A DNA stretch of 64,000 bases from Lingula anatina (lineage: Eukaryota; Animalia; Brachiopoda): the NCBI GenBank assembly GCA_051362555.1, contig CM120640.1:53112788-53176787 (forward strand), written 5' to 3'. How positions within the stretch are numbered: the first letter of the stretch is position 1; each line of letters begins with the position of its first letter. Positions 23,282 to 61,949 of this stretch are shown here, one piece after another. Made by a program: the position numbers and the translations under genes. The notes below the pieces were generated by a model that did no database searches, was not told where the DNA came from, and saw only the letters and a program-made list of their open reading frames with translations.

Positions 23282-25250
23282 GTAAGTCATAGTGTTACTA
23301 ATGACTGCTTGTCTTTTTATTTTTCGAGTAATATTTTATAAGATATCTTAGGATTGATAAAGGAAGAGATCAAGATAAAGGTGGGTTACTTTTTTAAAGA
23401 TTCTTAGGTCTGACAATAAAATGATAAATAAGTATTTATTTCTGTTGTATTTTTTTACAGCATAGTGATTGGGAGCTAGTTGAAATGATTTTGAAAATGT
23501 AAAAGAAATGTGAAACAGCTTTTTTTTTGTTAGAGAACCTAATATTTCTCCCCATATCTAATCAATTGAATTGGTGGACCAGTGTGGGTAGGTAATTCAT
23601 ATGCTATTGACTTGGTTTAGACTGTTTTCAGTAGGATTATAAGTTATCAGGTAAAAGCTATTGATTTTTGCTTTGTGCTTAATGGGTGGTATGTAATTGT
23701 TCCTTATCGCTGCAAGTGCTTAACCCTTCACACATAACCTGCTGCTGTGGAAAAGACAAAGATCAGATGAAAGAGGGTTGCAGCTTCGAAATAATCTTTG
23801 TTCAGTAGATTTTATGTGGAACATTATCAATTTTCTTTACTCTCAGTGTTTAGAAAATAAAATTCATGAACCATGATAATTATTTAATCAGATATTGTAA
23901 TAACAAGACAAAGAGATATAAGATTGTTTTAAAATGAAAAGAGACATTGAAGAATTGTAAATTCAAGATATTTTTTTATCCTTTTATTAGTAAATTAAAT
24001 TATAAAATGGCACATCAGTATGCTATTAGCTGAAAATCTATTTGTAATAAGGAGCTATTGGTTTTGGAATATTGGATTTATTAGCCTTGCTTTTGATAAC
24101 AGTATTAAAGCCTCCCTTTTTGCCAAATGGATAATCAGCTTTGATAGCATAATAAGATAAGGAGATTTCCAGCTTTGATTGAATTTGAATAGAGATCACT
24201 GCTTGATTAACTGAAATTTTCCCTGCCCAAGTTAATTTAGATAGTCCATTTTAATAAAGATGATAGCTTTTTCAGGAGAGAAATGTACTTTTCTTCTTGG
24301 GTGATAATTTGATGCACATATTTTTTAAAGCTGCCATTGAGTGGATAAGAAACATTGACTGTAGCATCAGTCTCAGGCCATCAGTTTATCAGGTGGTCTT
24401 TAGATTGCTTTGCATTAATATTAGTAGGAGGTGAAACATAAGTAACTTTGTCTTTAAAGGAATATATTTCATTGAAATTGGATAATTTCATCTAAAGGTA
24501 TCCTCCTGCCATTATTCATTATTTTAATGCTCAGTACCCTTCATTTGCCTGTGGCATCTGTCAGAGAGTATGAATTATTCAGTCTAATCCCATTATTCTG
24601 AAGATAATTTCAGTATATACTAAATCAAAAGCACTATATAGGGGCTCCCCACTGAACAGAGAGGAGAAATTATCTAGTATAAGGGCAAAGAAAAAAGTGA
24701 TAGATAGATAGTCCTGTTGATATTATGTATAAATCATTCACAAGTACTGTAGTAACTCTTCAAGAGCAGACATTATGTTAAATGTTGTGGATCTACAATA
24801 TAATGATTATATGACAAACCAGAAATGGGTCATGTTTGTTTTTGACAGTGATTATGTTTTTGTGCTCTGTTTTTGAGCTACCAGTACAATTCTGAAGCAA
24901 AAATATGTTACAGTAATGAACTGTTTTAAGACACCATGTTTTGCTGAGGTAAAAATATATATTGTAGCACAAAAAGAGAGAATTACATTGACATGTGTCA
25001 ATAATTATCACAAGTACATAATGACGATTTGGTGCTTTCGTCATTGAGTCAAATTGTGTTCAGAGGCTCGTCAGTGCAAGCAGTGTTGAAAAATTTTACC
25101 TTGCCCACAAGTTTGCTGCCCTGTTCATGCACCCATCATGCTGGTCACACATCAGGGTTACAATTATCCTTTGTTCAAAAGATGTACACATTTCAGGCAT
25201 GTATAAATTGAAGATATGTCAGTCCTTTTTTAAAAAATCCCTTCCCAGTG

Positions 25251-25335
25251 TACTTTTTGATTAATTTCAAATCATCAGTTGGCATCAATAATCTACTTTC
25301 TGATTAATTTCAAATCATCAATTGGCATCAATAAT
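25251..25335. repeat. 43-bp tandem duplication
   Basis: tactt(t/c)tgattaatttcaaatcatca(g/a)ttggcatcaataat occurs twice in tandem. Confidence 0.85.
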
Positions 25336-25539
25336 ATGTTTGCCCTCAGGGTGATAAGAGAAGATACTTGTCTTCACTGTAAATATGCCTGGTTTTAGTT
25401 GGGAAGTGAGCGAGTTTTTAAAGTTGTTTTTTCTGTTTTTTTCTTTTCCTTTTTTTCAATATAACTTTTTACACAAAAATGCTGCTAAAAGAACTCTATT
25501 ATTTGATAGATAAAAGATAAAATGCACTGTCAAAGCTAA

Positions 25540-26466
25540 AGACCCCTTCACACTGGGCAGGGTCCTTTCTGTGTCTCTTCTGCGAACAAAAATGTGGTCA
25601 GTGGTCACAAAAGCAATTAAAGCGTGTCTCAGTGTAAAGGCGTCTGCGTTCGTGCTGGTTGGGTGTCCTTTGATATATTCTGACTCTATTTTTTCATCAG
25701 TTCTCACCCAGTCGCCCTGGTTACCCATTTTAAAACATCTCCAGAAAATGAAACATAATTAGGAATAAACTTCTTTTTCAAACTACAGTAATGCAAAGTC
25801 TACATGGACTGATATTAAGTCAATGATCATTGTTGTCCTTATACAGTAAGATGGATGGTCAGGCGCGAAGACAAGAAAGGCTGACTGGCACAACAGAATT
25901 TTTGAATCCATTTTCAAAAGATGCTTTCTGCAAAAAATGTGACAACAACTGCATCTTGAAGAAAGAAAAAAGTTTTGTTCTATAATTACCTCCAAAAATG
26001 GATTCGTTCAAGAATTTTAGGAAAAAAAATACCAACTGGAGGTTGGCATGAGACCAGTAGTAGCTGTTACATGTACCTTAAGATTTCCTGTCACTTCTAA
26101 AAAATGCTCGTGTGGCCCCATTTGAGAGTAAAAAAAAAAATTATACTTCTCATGCCGAAAACTGGACGATTATTGAGCATTCATTCTGCAACCAAAGCAA
26201 TGCTTGTGCCTCTTTTCTGCAACCACGGCGATGCTTGTGCATCCTCTCTGCATTCCTTGAGTGATCTTGCAGCATCCACCTTCCATTGCATTTTTTGTGT
26301 GATTGTTTTAGATATGCTTGAAACTTCTCGTCCTCGGCAATGCTTAAACATTCTTTGTGCGATCTTAGCAATCACTGTGGATTCTTTGAGTGACCAACAG
26401 CTAGCTGGCCAGTTTCATGGTCGTACAAAGGACACAGAAAAGACACTGTCCAGTGTAAAGGGGGTT
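25540..26466. mobile_element. PIF/Harbinger-like non-autonomous element
   Basis: TIR AGACCCCTTCACACTGG versus the reverse complement AACCCCCTTTACACTGG, with TAA on both flanks. Confidence 0.75.
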
Positions 26467-26675
26467 TAAGAAGATAGGGATAATAACTATTTCTTTTTAC
26501 ATTGAAAAACGTTCCAAATGTCACCTACATGTACCTACAACATAGATTACTGGGTCGCACATGTAGAACAAACTGCATGTACCAGTGAGTGACCAAAACA
26601 TTTTTTTATAGTGAGGGATATAGAAAAGAGCAATTAAGAAATGACAATAATACTTAGTCATATAAATCATCTTAA

Positions 26676-26721
26676 TTCCTGGACAGAAATGATACTCGAT
26701 TCTTGGACAGAAATGATACTC
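26676..26721. repeat. 24-bp tandem duplication
   Basis: ttc(c/t)tggacagaaatgatactc occurs twice. Confidence 0.8.
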
Positions 26722-29700
26722 TGTCAATTATTTGGTTACTGAAGTTAAATACTTGATTTTGTATTAATTGTGTGTGGTCACTGCAGCAGTGGTGCATATG
26801 GTTACAAGAAAGGTCTTTCTGTCTTTGCACAAAGTGTTTTCTTTGACATCTCTAGAATGTAGGCAAAGAATTAAAAAAAAAAGAATTTTCAACTTCTAAA
26901 TTTACAGACAAACATTAAATCCTTTGCATGACAAAACCCACATCTAATGAAGAACCCCATGGTAATGAACTGTTTTAAGACACCACATTTTGCCTTTGCT
27001 TGATTAATTTTAATGCTTTGAGCCAGCTAACCACAACAATTGCATATGTCCTCTAAATGGAGTTCCAAAGGAGAGTATCCATGCTTATCCTTGAACACCT
27101 GTGTCTGGATTTGATAAGATCTTTGGAAAATTAATATTTCTTTTAAACATGGTCCAGAGGTTGCATGGGAGCAGGTGGGAGTGTGATTACATCTGTGTTA
27201 ATGCTTGTAACCTCCATGTACAGTGCGCAGGGGAGCACAGTTTTATTTGTTTGGCTACTATAAAAAGATTCAGTTTTCATTAACTGACCACAAAACGAAA
27301 TAGATCCACGTTGAATTGTTCTGGTTTAATTCTGGGACAGTGTTTTGTTTTGTACATGTGGTTGAGGAAACAAAAGTAGAATTTGTCATCTCCGATCCAC
27401 TAAGGGTTTGTCACCTGTTTTAAAAACCCCGGGGCTGCTTTGTGTGAGATGTATCAGAAACTGCTTGTGAAGTGCAGTTTGTATTTGAAGAAAATGAAAT
27501 CGTAATGAAGAGAAACTTGCTGATTACTACTAGTGCAGTACGTGGCTCAGAATTACACAAAGAGAGACCATTATACTAACCTGTATAGATCCCATTTTAA
27601 GTTATAGTCAATTAGTAAATTAATAACTTATCAATAATACATGAACATTTTTAAAACAGCTCAGTTTCTCAAGATCAGTGCAAGATGGCAGGAGGCATAA
27701 ATATAAGGCTGATAACTGTCAAAGTTGAAAACTCCAGCAATTGTTTTGTATTGTTAGAAAAAAAAAACATTGCTATGTTTTCAGAATAAACATATTTATT
27801 TACTTTCACTGGTCATTACAGCACTGATGTTTGTGGGTAGTTGGAATTGTTTGTTGTAGACACTAGGCTACTGAGATCCCCTCGATGATGGATCAATTAA
27901 AACTGATTACCTGCTATAGATTTAAGTAATAGATATGCGAGCAAGGGGTGGAGTAAATGACTGCGCTTTGCTTTATCTTTTTATTTAACCATTGGTTTTC
28001 CTATATTGTTTCAAGCTGGTCATTAATGAATGGACTTTTGTACAATGTATGTGGATTTGGTGCAAGATTTTCCCAAGCAGGGGGTTGGAATTAAGTGACT
28101 TGCTTTATCTTTTCATTAGATTATGGGTTTTCATTTATTGTTTCATACTTCCGCTATTTGTAAATTAAGTAATTCAGTTTATAAGTTCATGCTCTTTCTT
28201 TCCAGAGATTCATTGACATTTGCTGGTATATTAGAATTTCATTGGCTGTTAGTTTAGAAAATATGTGATTAATTCTTAAATGTTCATCTGAATTTAAGAA
28301 GAAATTCAAAATGATAATATATGTAGCACGTACAACAACTGTTAAATATAGATCTCTACTGTTAATTGTAATCTTATCTCTTACAGCAAAACCACTCAAT
28401 TAAAGTGTCATTACTGTCAACCTTTAACCATTATGCTCAAATCCTCATAATGCTTATCACCATTAATGTAACAACAGTTATAAGTATTTATTTAGCCAAG
28501 GATGTTTGCATTAATATCATGCATTAAGGGCTCCTTATCTCCTCTTCATCAGAGCCATGTGACGTTAAGTGTGCCCTGTCCAATGATGGAATTAGAAGAA
28601 TTAATGATAATTGATTCATTTTTATGCCATTGAAAGAGCAAAAGAAATTCATGGAAAACTTAATTAATATATTTATTGTCAAGTTTTTACAACCTGAAAT
28701 GGGACTGTTTAATTCTGAACATACTAATAATGGCATTAGTAGTGCTAATATTAAACTTGCCTTTTTGATACTATCAAAAAACAAAAAATAGTTGATACAT
28801 GGCTTTTATGCAAACATTTAGAAAAACAGGTACAGAATTTGATTTTTAAAGCCAAGACATAAAATATATGTCGCCTGCGTATTCTGTTGATTTTTAGGGA
28901 TAAGTGAAATCAGACATTCAGCAAAAATGTTTAAAAGAAAACTATGATATACAGGGTAGTAACAAAATAATGACCATGCATGCAAATATGCATGTATCCC
29001 AATTATTTCAGTGACGAGTTGTAAAAGCTACAAATGCTGTCAGATATTCTGTGGCTTGCTATCAATTATTCCATGTAATTATGGTACTCTATTCACTATG
29101 ATTGCCCTCTTTGACAGCTAGTGAAAGGTTTCAATAGTACTAGCACATATTGGCTTCAATTTGATATTTTGTGATCATTAGGATTCTGTACACTGTAGCT
29201 TATATGAGGACTGTACATCTTGAATTGAATCAGATATAAATATATAAAAGTATACTGAAAATAGAAGTTGTTTTTGTATCATCACCAAAGATAAACAGAA
29301 AAAAAGCCATACATTCAATAAAACAGTCACTCCACAAATTACTACATTTCTTTAACTTATTTAAGCATCAACGTGGATAGGTGCCTATGAGAAGTTTTCT
29401 TTTTGTGATATTTGTTGATGGTGGCATTCAGGGCAAATTGAATCTAAATTCAGACAGACATGTTTATTGATTCCAAGGAAAGAATGATGTTGTTAATACT
29501 GACCAAGCATCATTCTTTACCTAGTATCTTAAAGGTTTATTTGTCAAAGGGCTCATTGGTCTCAGAAGATTTCACTATGTTCATAATTTCCAGTTTATTG
29601 GTTTGAAAAGTTTCAGTTGCATTTGCTATCAGAGAATCGGAGTAGATTCAGCAAAGATATTGATCTCAAATCACAGATAATCTTGTCAGGTGATCCAACT

Positions 29701-31529
29701 ATGTAAACGTGAGTCTAAAGGAAAAAAGTGAAAAAAATCTGTCTGTATTTTTATTCAGGTATGATATAGAGCAATTTCCAAAACCACATGTACCTCTGTA
29801 TTTGCATGTTGGTATGAATGTGTAACATTAATCTCTTTCAAAATAGAGTTTTCTGTATGATGCTTTTCCTATATAATTTCCTCATGTTTTCCTTTGTGCG
29901 CCCTATGTTGACAAGTTGTTGTGCGGGCGTCTTCCATTTATTGAGTGTAAGATTTGAGGTATTATTTTTATGTCACAGTATACTACCCCAGTCACCGAAT
30001 AGACATTCTGTGACATGGGGTTAGGTGTGCAGATATGATATGAAGAGATATGATAAATTCATATTGTTATCCAAACAACAAACAGCTTTGATCAGTAGTC
30101 CATGGAAAGTAGAAGCTGATTCAGTCTGATGGTCTAAAATGGACTTTGCATGTCCGTGATCAGACTGGTTATTTTTTGAAGCAGTTCTGTCTTTAAGGGT
30201 AATTGCAATCTGGACATGCACAGTTGAAAAGTTTAAGGGTTTTCTTTAACTTGAAAAATAGACTCATTTTGTATTGCCTACTGTACATAGACTCTGCCAA
30301 GCTGAGTTTAGGTATTAGAAAAGCTGGAAGGTATCTCGATATTATAAATTTTTTGGTTAGAAATGGCTGTCAGCAGATGAGAAAGGGGAGTGTCGCAGGC
30401 AGGTAGGGAAATGAAGGGGTGTGCAGGAGATGGCTCCACCATTGGAAAAAAAAGTGCAGTTTGCACTTGATTTTTATGCCCTCCTGTCACTGCCTTTTTT
30501 TTTCTAATTCGGCTTGAACTTGGTTTAACCTTTTGATCTCTAGTAATTGATTGATGAATTTGATTAAAGATCAAACAATGCTATTCATTTGACCTACAGA
30601 TTTTTATACTCTTGTCTCCAACTTTATAAAAAAAGAAGGTTTACAGCTTTTTTGGAGAGATTTTGTTGGAAAGGTTCCAAATTTCCAGTGTAAATTGCCC
30701 CTATGAATAACTCTAACCTCTCCCTGACCACAAAGTGAATTCATTATTGTTTATTTATAATAAAGAAACAAAGACCAGCATTAATCACAAAGCAGCACAA
30801 AATCGTGAATCAGCTGTTGTTACTTTTTGTTTGTTTTCTTTGAGGAGATGTGTAAGAGTTGTCTTGGAATGAAAACAAATATAAATTGTAAAGGTGTTTG
30901 GGCTTAGAAGAAGCTAGCACATTTAGAAGAGTTCTTGTCCATTGCACAGGCGAGTGTACACACACACACACATTTTGTATAAGTGTCCTCATTTATTTAC
31001 TTTCCATGCATAATTTTGATACAAGTGTTCAGATGTCAAGTGTTTTTTTTTGTATGTCATCTGATGTTCAATTCCAATAAAAAGTTAGAAGACACCTGTG
31101 TCATGATAAATGTCAATCCAACTGAATACATCTGGTAATTAAGGTAGAGGTTGATGGTTTTACCAATAGGTTATCATATAAATTACTTTAAGTTGAATAA
31201 AATGTGAGATACATTTCATATATTTTGTATGATAAATTCTTAAAGTTGATTTCAGGATAAAGATTAACTCCAGCGCTTAAGGTTGAGCTTAAGGTGGGAA
31301 AAAATGATCCATACTCTCTAATATTCTACTTTTTGGAGTTTCACTTGAATGTGAAGCACATATGGAATAAAATATTTTTATAACAGGATATGACCCAGAT
31401 CATTTCAAAAGCATCTTGATAATATATTTATTTTATTCTTTTGGTCTGAGCTGATAATACAGCCCTCCTACTTGAATGTAATGTATTTCAGCATGAGAAG
31501 AGATTTCAAAACTGGGTTAGATAAGTGTA

Positions 31530-31720
31530 GGGACCATTCCCAGACCCTATTGTACTAAATGTGAGTTGATCTAAAGCTGCTAGGAGGTAATTGATTATCA
31601 TTTAGCAGCTTCAGTAGGCGTGCCAGACATCTAAACCACTTAAGCTGAAAGCAATTTAGTAGGAAACCCCTCCGAGATGGATCAATCCTGTTAGAACGAT
31701 CTAGGTTTGGGAACCCAGAC
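31530..31720 (-). mobile_element. Short, internally deleted copy of the Harbinger-like MITE at 15057
   Basis: The reverse complement of ~31586-31720 aligns by eye with 15057-15184 (ctagatcg.tctaacagga..gatccatctc...ggggtttc..actaaattgc...ttagatgt.ggcacgcct). Confidence 0.7.
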
Positions 31721-34700
31721 ATAGACTATATATTAATGCTGTAACCAGCTTTGCAAAAAAGACAGGTTTAGATGAAATGAAAATTTTGAATGGAGTTATT
31801 TGAAGTTCAAGAGACATGACTTAAATTAGGAATTCAGCCATCCAAATAGTTCATGTTGTGCCCTTGATCTGATTAACTGTCACCAGTTTTGTCACTGAAG
31901 TTGACCATGCTAAACAAAAAGCATTGGTTTCTCTAGCAAAACTGCTTGCTTTAGATGCAAGTATTTAATTCTTACAATTATATCCAAGCATTTTGGTGTC
32001 AGTATGTGAAATTCAATCCAAGCTAGAATTAAGTTTAATATATTATGAACAGAGATGGTTTTAAAGCAATAATTAAAATTGAATCATTTGGTACCTTGTG
32101 ACTGTCTCTTTTCAAGTGTGCAGTAAGTGAACTATCAAAAACCACAGTTATCAAATGTGTCTAGACATGAGGGTTGAATAAGACATATCTGTATTATGTA
32201 TTAGGAAGTTTTTATTCACCGCAGAAAAAAATGGACAAAAAAATCCATCTCCTCATATATTAAGCCTTATTGTTAACACTAAGTCTGATTGTTAAATTAT
32301 TTTTTTTTCTTAAGTATGTGGCAACTTTTTAGAGAGAAAAAAGGTAAATGCCACTGTCTTTAAGGAGATTGATATATTGCCACAATACTTTGAGAAAAGT
32401 AAGACCTTTTGTTGGGGTACAAATTCAACATGTTTAAATAGGAACCACTCTGACTGCTTCTGTTTACTGAAGAAGGCATTAAGCCACGGCTCACTCTCTT
32501 AAGAGCAGGGAGTTACCTGTGGTATTTAAATATTACTTTTCTTAATGGAGAGATTACTAGCTCTTGGGTACTAGTAATCCCACTCGGAAGCAGCCAGTGA
32601 ACGTGAATGTTTTATCATCCTTTGACACATATCATTCCATTATATTTGAGGGTCTATAACTAACTCCCCAATGATTCAGTATTACAAAGGCAAAATTTTC
32701 AGTGAAATTTACAAGGGGTAGTTAGTGGCTCACATTAAGACATGACTGTATGAGCTGATTGCATTTTTAAGTATTTTATTTGAACTGCATTTATGAATTC
32801 TTAAAAGGAGTATTCTAAAAAAATGAGTATCGAGATATTGCAGTATTTTGTTCTTCTGGACTGCTGTTCTGAGCATGAGGCAGGTTTGTACCTACTTTCT
32901 AAACCCCTATTCAGTTGTTCAGTACCCTCAAGTGCAATAGTGAAAAGTTCTAGGGGTATGATCTGATAAGTTGGCATGCCAAGTATCCTGTATCAGAGAG
33001 GTGTCACACTTGATTGAGGATCATCAAAAGTACTGCCAGTGTTAATATCTCATTTTGGCAGGTCTCTTGTTTAAGGCATTATAACTTTGGCACAAAAAGT
33101 TTGAGGTGAACCATGCATGCAAATTTATATTTATGTTATTTTGTTTTTGCTGTGTAGAATATTTTAGACCATAAAGTATTTTTCTTTCCATAATCATGCA
33201 TCTATTAATTAAAATTTCAAAAACTAAAAGATCTTAATCTACTTACAGTGAATTGTCAGGAATAGAAGTGGCAAAATTATTATGGTGGCAAGATATAGAT
33301 GTTTTAGTGAAAAAGAACTAAGATACATGCTTTTCTCATATTTTGTTGATTTTCACCACTCTTCCATGATCTTAATTTAAGGTAAGTTATGATGTATTAC
33401 ACTTTGGTAATGATAGTTGTTAGGGGGTGCCCTATGTTAATATGGTATACTCCCCTGGGGAACAAATTTAATCTGGTGAAGAGCCCTGAGACTAGATGTC
33501 AGCTTTCAAGCATTTGACAGATGGAAAAGGTACATGCTGAAGACTTGTAGTGTCTGTTGTATCACTCCAAGCTGTCAACAAAGCTTTAAGGAAACAGAAC
33601 AATTACATGGCCTAAAACTTGATAAAAGATGACATATGGTAGAAGATTTGTTTTATTTGATTGATATTCTGTCAAGATTTGGCCAATAGGACTTGTCATC
33701 CCTGCTGTGTTATGTGGCATATTTAGAGATCAAGAGGTGATGAAATTGACTATGTGATGCTTTTAGATGGGCATAAGGCACAGGGGGTGAGGAATTTATT
33801 TTGTCAAGTTTTGTCCACTTAGACACATCATTCCTACTGTGTTAAGGATTTCAGGAAGTACAAGCTATTCACATGATGTTTTTCATCAGGATTCTTCTAT
33901 CTCTATATATAGAAAAGGAAACACTGAGATACTATACCAGGAGATATTTATGGAAATTAATTGCAGCTTTTACATGCAGCAGTGGTGCTTGAGATGGACA
34001 TGTACGTAGAATTTTTTATCAAAATTTGGCCACTTTAGCACAATCACCTACTGTGTTAGGAATATTTTAAGAGTCAAGTCTATTTTGTCTGTTAAGACCT
34101 CATTATTAATAAAGATGTAGAGTTCATAACAATAATAATTTTCTTATTGATTGATCACTTAAACATGTTGACCCACTGTATGGGTACATGTGTTTAGACA
34201 TTTCACTTTTTGAAAGTAACCTTTTCTTAGATTTTGACAGATGATTCATTGGAATTATGCTAAATTCTCTATGATTATACCCAGACAAAAGTAGTTGTAA
34301 GTATGCTTTGAGATGTTTATTGTCTCAGTTGGAGGTGGGATTGAAGTACTCTAGGTGATGACTGGTGGTCTAAGGAGATATTTTAATGGAGAGATCAAAT
34401 CCATTTACATAGCTCTGTAGTTATTCATCCAACAGAGAAAAAGAATGGATAAAATGCACTAAAGGACATTTTTGACAGGTGGTGTATGAAAAGTTTTACC
34501 ACTGTTCATATATGCCTTGAACTGATACAAACTATAGGGGCTTAAAGGCATGTTCTGTGCTCATGAGCTAGAACCCAAAATATTCTATCCTAGTCATGAG
34601 TACGTGCACATGCTTGTTATACACATGTTGAAGTGGTCAAGTATAAATTTCATAACTATTTTTGATATAGACTGGTGCAGCATATACATATACAATGTCT

Positions 34701-37229
34701 ATTCAGTTCTATTAATGTTTTCTTTCAGTTTTGCGGAACAAGTCATTTGATATTACTTATTGCATGTCAGGGGTAATGAAGGCTCTCAGATTGTGAACTT
34801 CAAAGTTAGTTCCATTGTGATTTATAGAAATCTCCATTTATGATCAGTCATCATGAGCAGCCATTATTTATCACTGGAGATTAGAATCAGAATGTTCACA
34901 TGTTCATTTTGGTTGGTTGGTTGGTACTGTATATCCCTTGCTGAGCTTCTGGTGGACCTCAGATCGGTAAGTGCAGAGGAAGTGCACACACAGCTTCGGA
35001 ATGACTTTCTGTTAACTTGCTTTCAGTGCTTAACAGGTAGGTGTTTGTTTTGATCTAGGAATTGTGTTCAGCTTACAAGGCTGAAATATGGTAAGAAAAG
35101 GTTCAATCTTATCACAAAATTAATCTCTGCTAGAAAAGTTAGGAAGAGCAAATTGTCGCATTTTAAGTATTTGAAAGAGAGTTAACAATGGAACAGTAAT
35201 CCTGAAAGAATGCACTAAATTTCAGCATGGCTAAGTAAGTATTATTGTGGTAAAAATCAAGTGATTGGATTTCCATACAAAGACATCTCCAAGTTGGATC
35301 CATACAAAGACGCCCATTTAAAGGCCAGGATCTATCAGTCACTGGCTGATTGCTTTCTGTCCTTTTGATTGCAGTTAGCTCGCCTTTTATTTGCTGATGA
35401 TGTAACTAACCTGTGATTAGTCACAGCAGGCAAAGAAAATTAATTACCACCCCTTCTAAAGGTAAACCTGCAGTCAGAGCAAGGCTTTGTCTGCTGATCT
35501 ACGACACTGTTACAATAGCCTAGACAAACTTACCGCAGGATTAGGATGCTTTCGATACTATGATAATTTGCAGGTAACTAGGATTTTAAACCAGGGGAGG
35601 TCTACTCTGATCTTGTCAACTATCAGGTGATAAGAACTTTTATTTTTCATCAGAGTCTGATATTTAGTGGACTATGTGTCAAGATAATCATCTTCTACTG
35701 TCATATATATATTTGTGCTGGAAGAAAGCTCTGTAGAGCATCACTGAGAGGTCTTACTGTGACAAGGTAGAGATGGAGAATGGTGACAAGAGAGACATTG
35801 CACAATAGTGGTAACAGCTTAGAGATAGAGCTGTGCACTTGCCTGTGAAAGGACCCTTTTGATAAAATCCAGCTGATAGTCAGTTATGAATGGAAGAAAT
35901 GTAGCACCACAATACAAGGAATTTAGCTCGTCAGAACATCTAGAAGTATGTGGGAAAATTTTTATGTGATGAATATGTTTTTTGCCTGTTTCTTTATTTC
36001 TGAAGATTAAATCCATTGCCGTTTTAATGCAGGTAAGAAATCTATCTGTAGATGGATCTCAGGTAAGGTTTTATTTAAACAGTTCAAGAGAGTTGCAATA
36101 AGGATGAGTTGATGTTTAAAATACCCTAGTCTAAGTGGTAAGTTAAAACACAAAGTGTCTATAGCACCCATGACCCCACTTCAACCCCATGATTGTTGGT
36201 GTAAAAAAGGACAAAGGCGTTTATTTGCCTAAAGGTGGAAAGTTGGCTCCTGAGTAGAGACCGAAAAGACCTTGGTTGAAAAGATGGCTATTTGATCAGT
36301 AACCTGAAGGCACTTCAAACACATGTTCCTGCTGCTTGTTAAAATGTTTAACTACTTTTTGGATGAGAATCAAAAGTCAGACTATTGCTATGCATTTAGT
36401 GACTTTGTCTATGTATGCTGCTGTGAATACTCACCCAACAATTTGCTAGAATCAGTGTGACACTTGTTTCTTTGTGGAGACAGGTAAGGTGCAATTAAGT
36501 GTTATATTAAGAGGGGAAGAAATTGGATGTTTTGCCATTTTACCATTTATCTGCCCATTAGCAGGCTTTTTATGTTTCTCAATGCGCGTCTGACTGAATT
36601 GGAACTGAGAATTAGTGGTGTAGCAGGGATGTTGTAGGAAGTTGCATGTGCCTGGCTGATAGCCACTTAATGACAGAGTTGTCTGATGGATGAAATGTGA
36701 TCTGAATAGATTAGTAGCGCAGCAGTGGAACATAGCACACCAGGTACAGACGCGACCGGTCCTATGAGCTGTCAGGTGAAAACCAAAAATCCCTGACAGC
36801 CGGCTTTTGTTGGAGAAGGTGAGAGAGTGGCGATCTCCCACTGCTGCACTGTAAAGTAACATTGGGCGAGGTATTCAATGGTCACTAAGAAAGCAAACAA
36901 ACAGCAGTGAAGATTTCACCACTCTTATCCTTTAGACATTATCAACAAAAAGCATCTCATGTCTGCTTATGTCTGAAAAATATGCGGGACAAGATAGTTG
37001 AGTGGAGGGAGTTTCACTGAGGGGTCATGACAGAGGTGAAAAGTCCACCTCAATTTCACTTGTACATATGATGGTTATCTAATAGATATGTTTAGCAATT
37101 AGTTCTCAGATAGATATCATGATTAACAGACCATGGATATTAATTGACTTTTTGTTTCTCTTTCAGAGTGACAAGTAAAGTTCAGCAGAAGACATCAGCA
37201 TAGAGGACTCGGTCTGTTCAGTCACTACC

Positions 37230-61949
<24,720 letters not shown>

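Noticed and set aside
23300-37100. Numerous 60-136 aa ORFs in the upstream and intronic region
   Set aside because: No domain motifs, composition typical of AT-rich non-coding DNA, and no consistent splice-phase chain.
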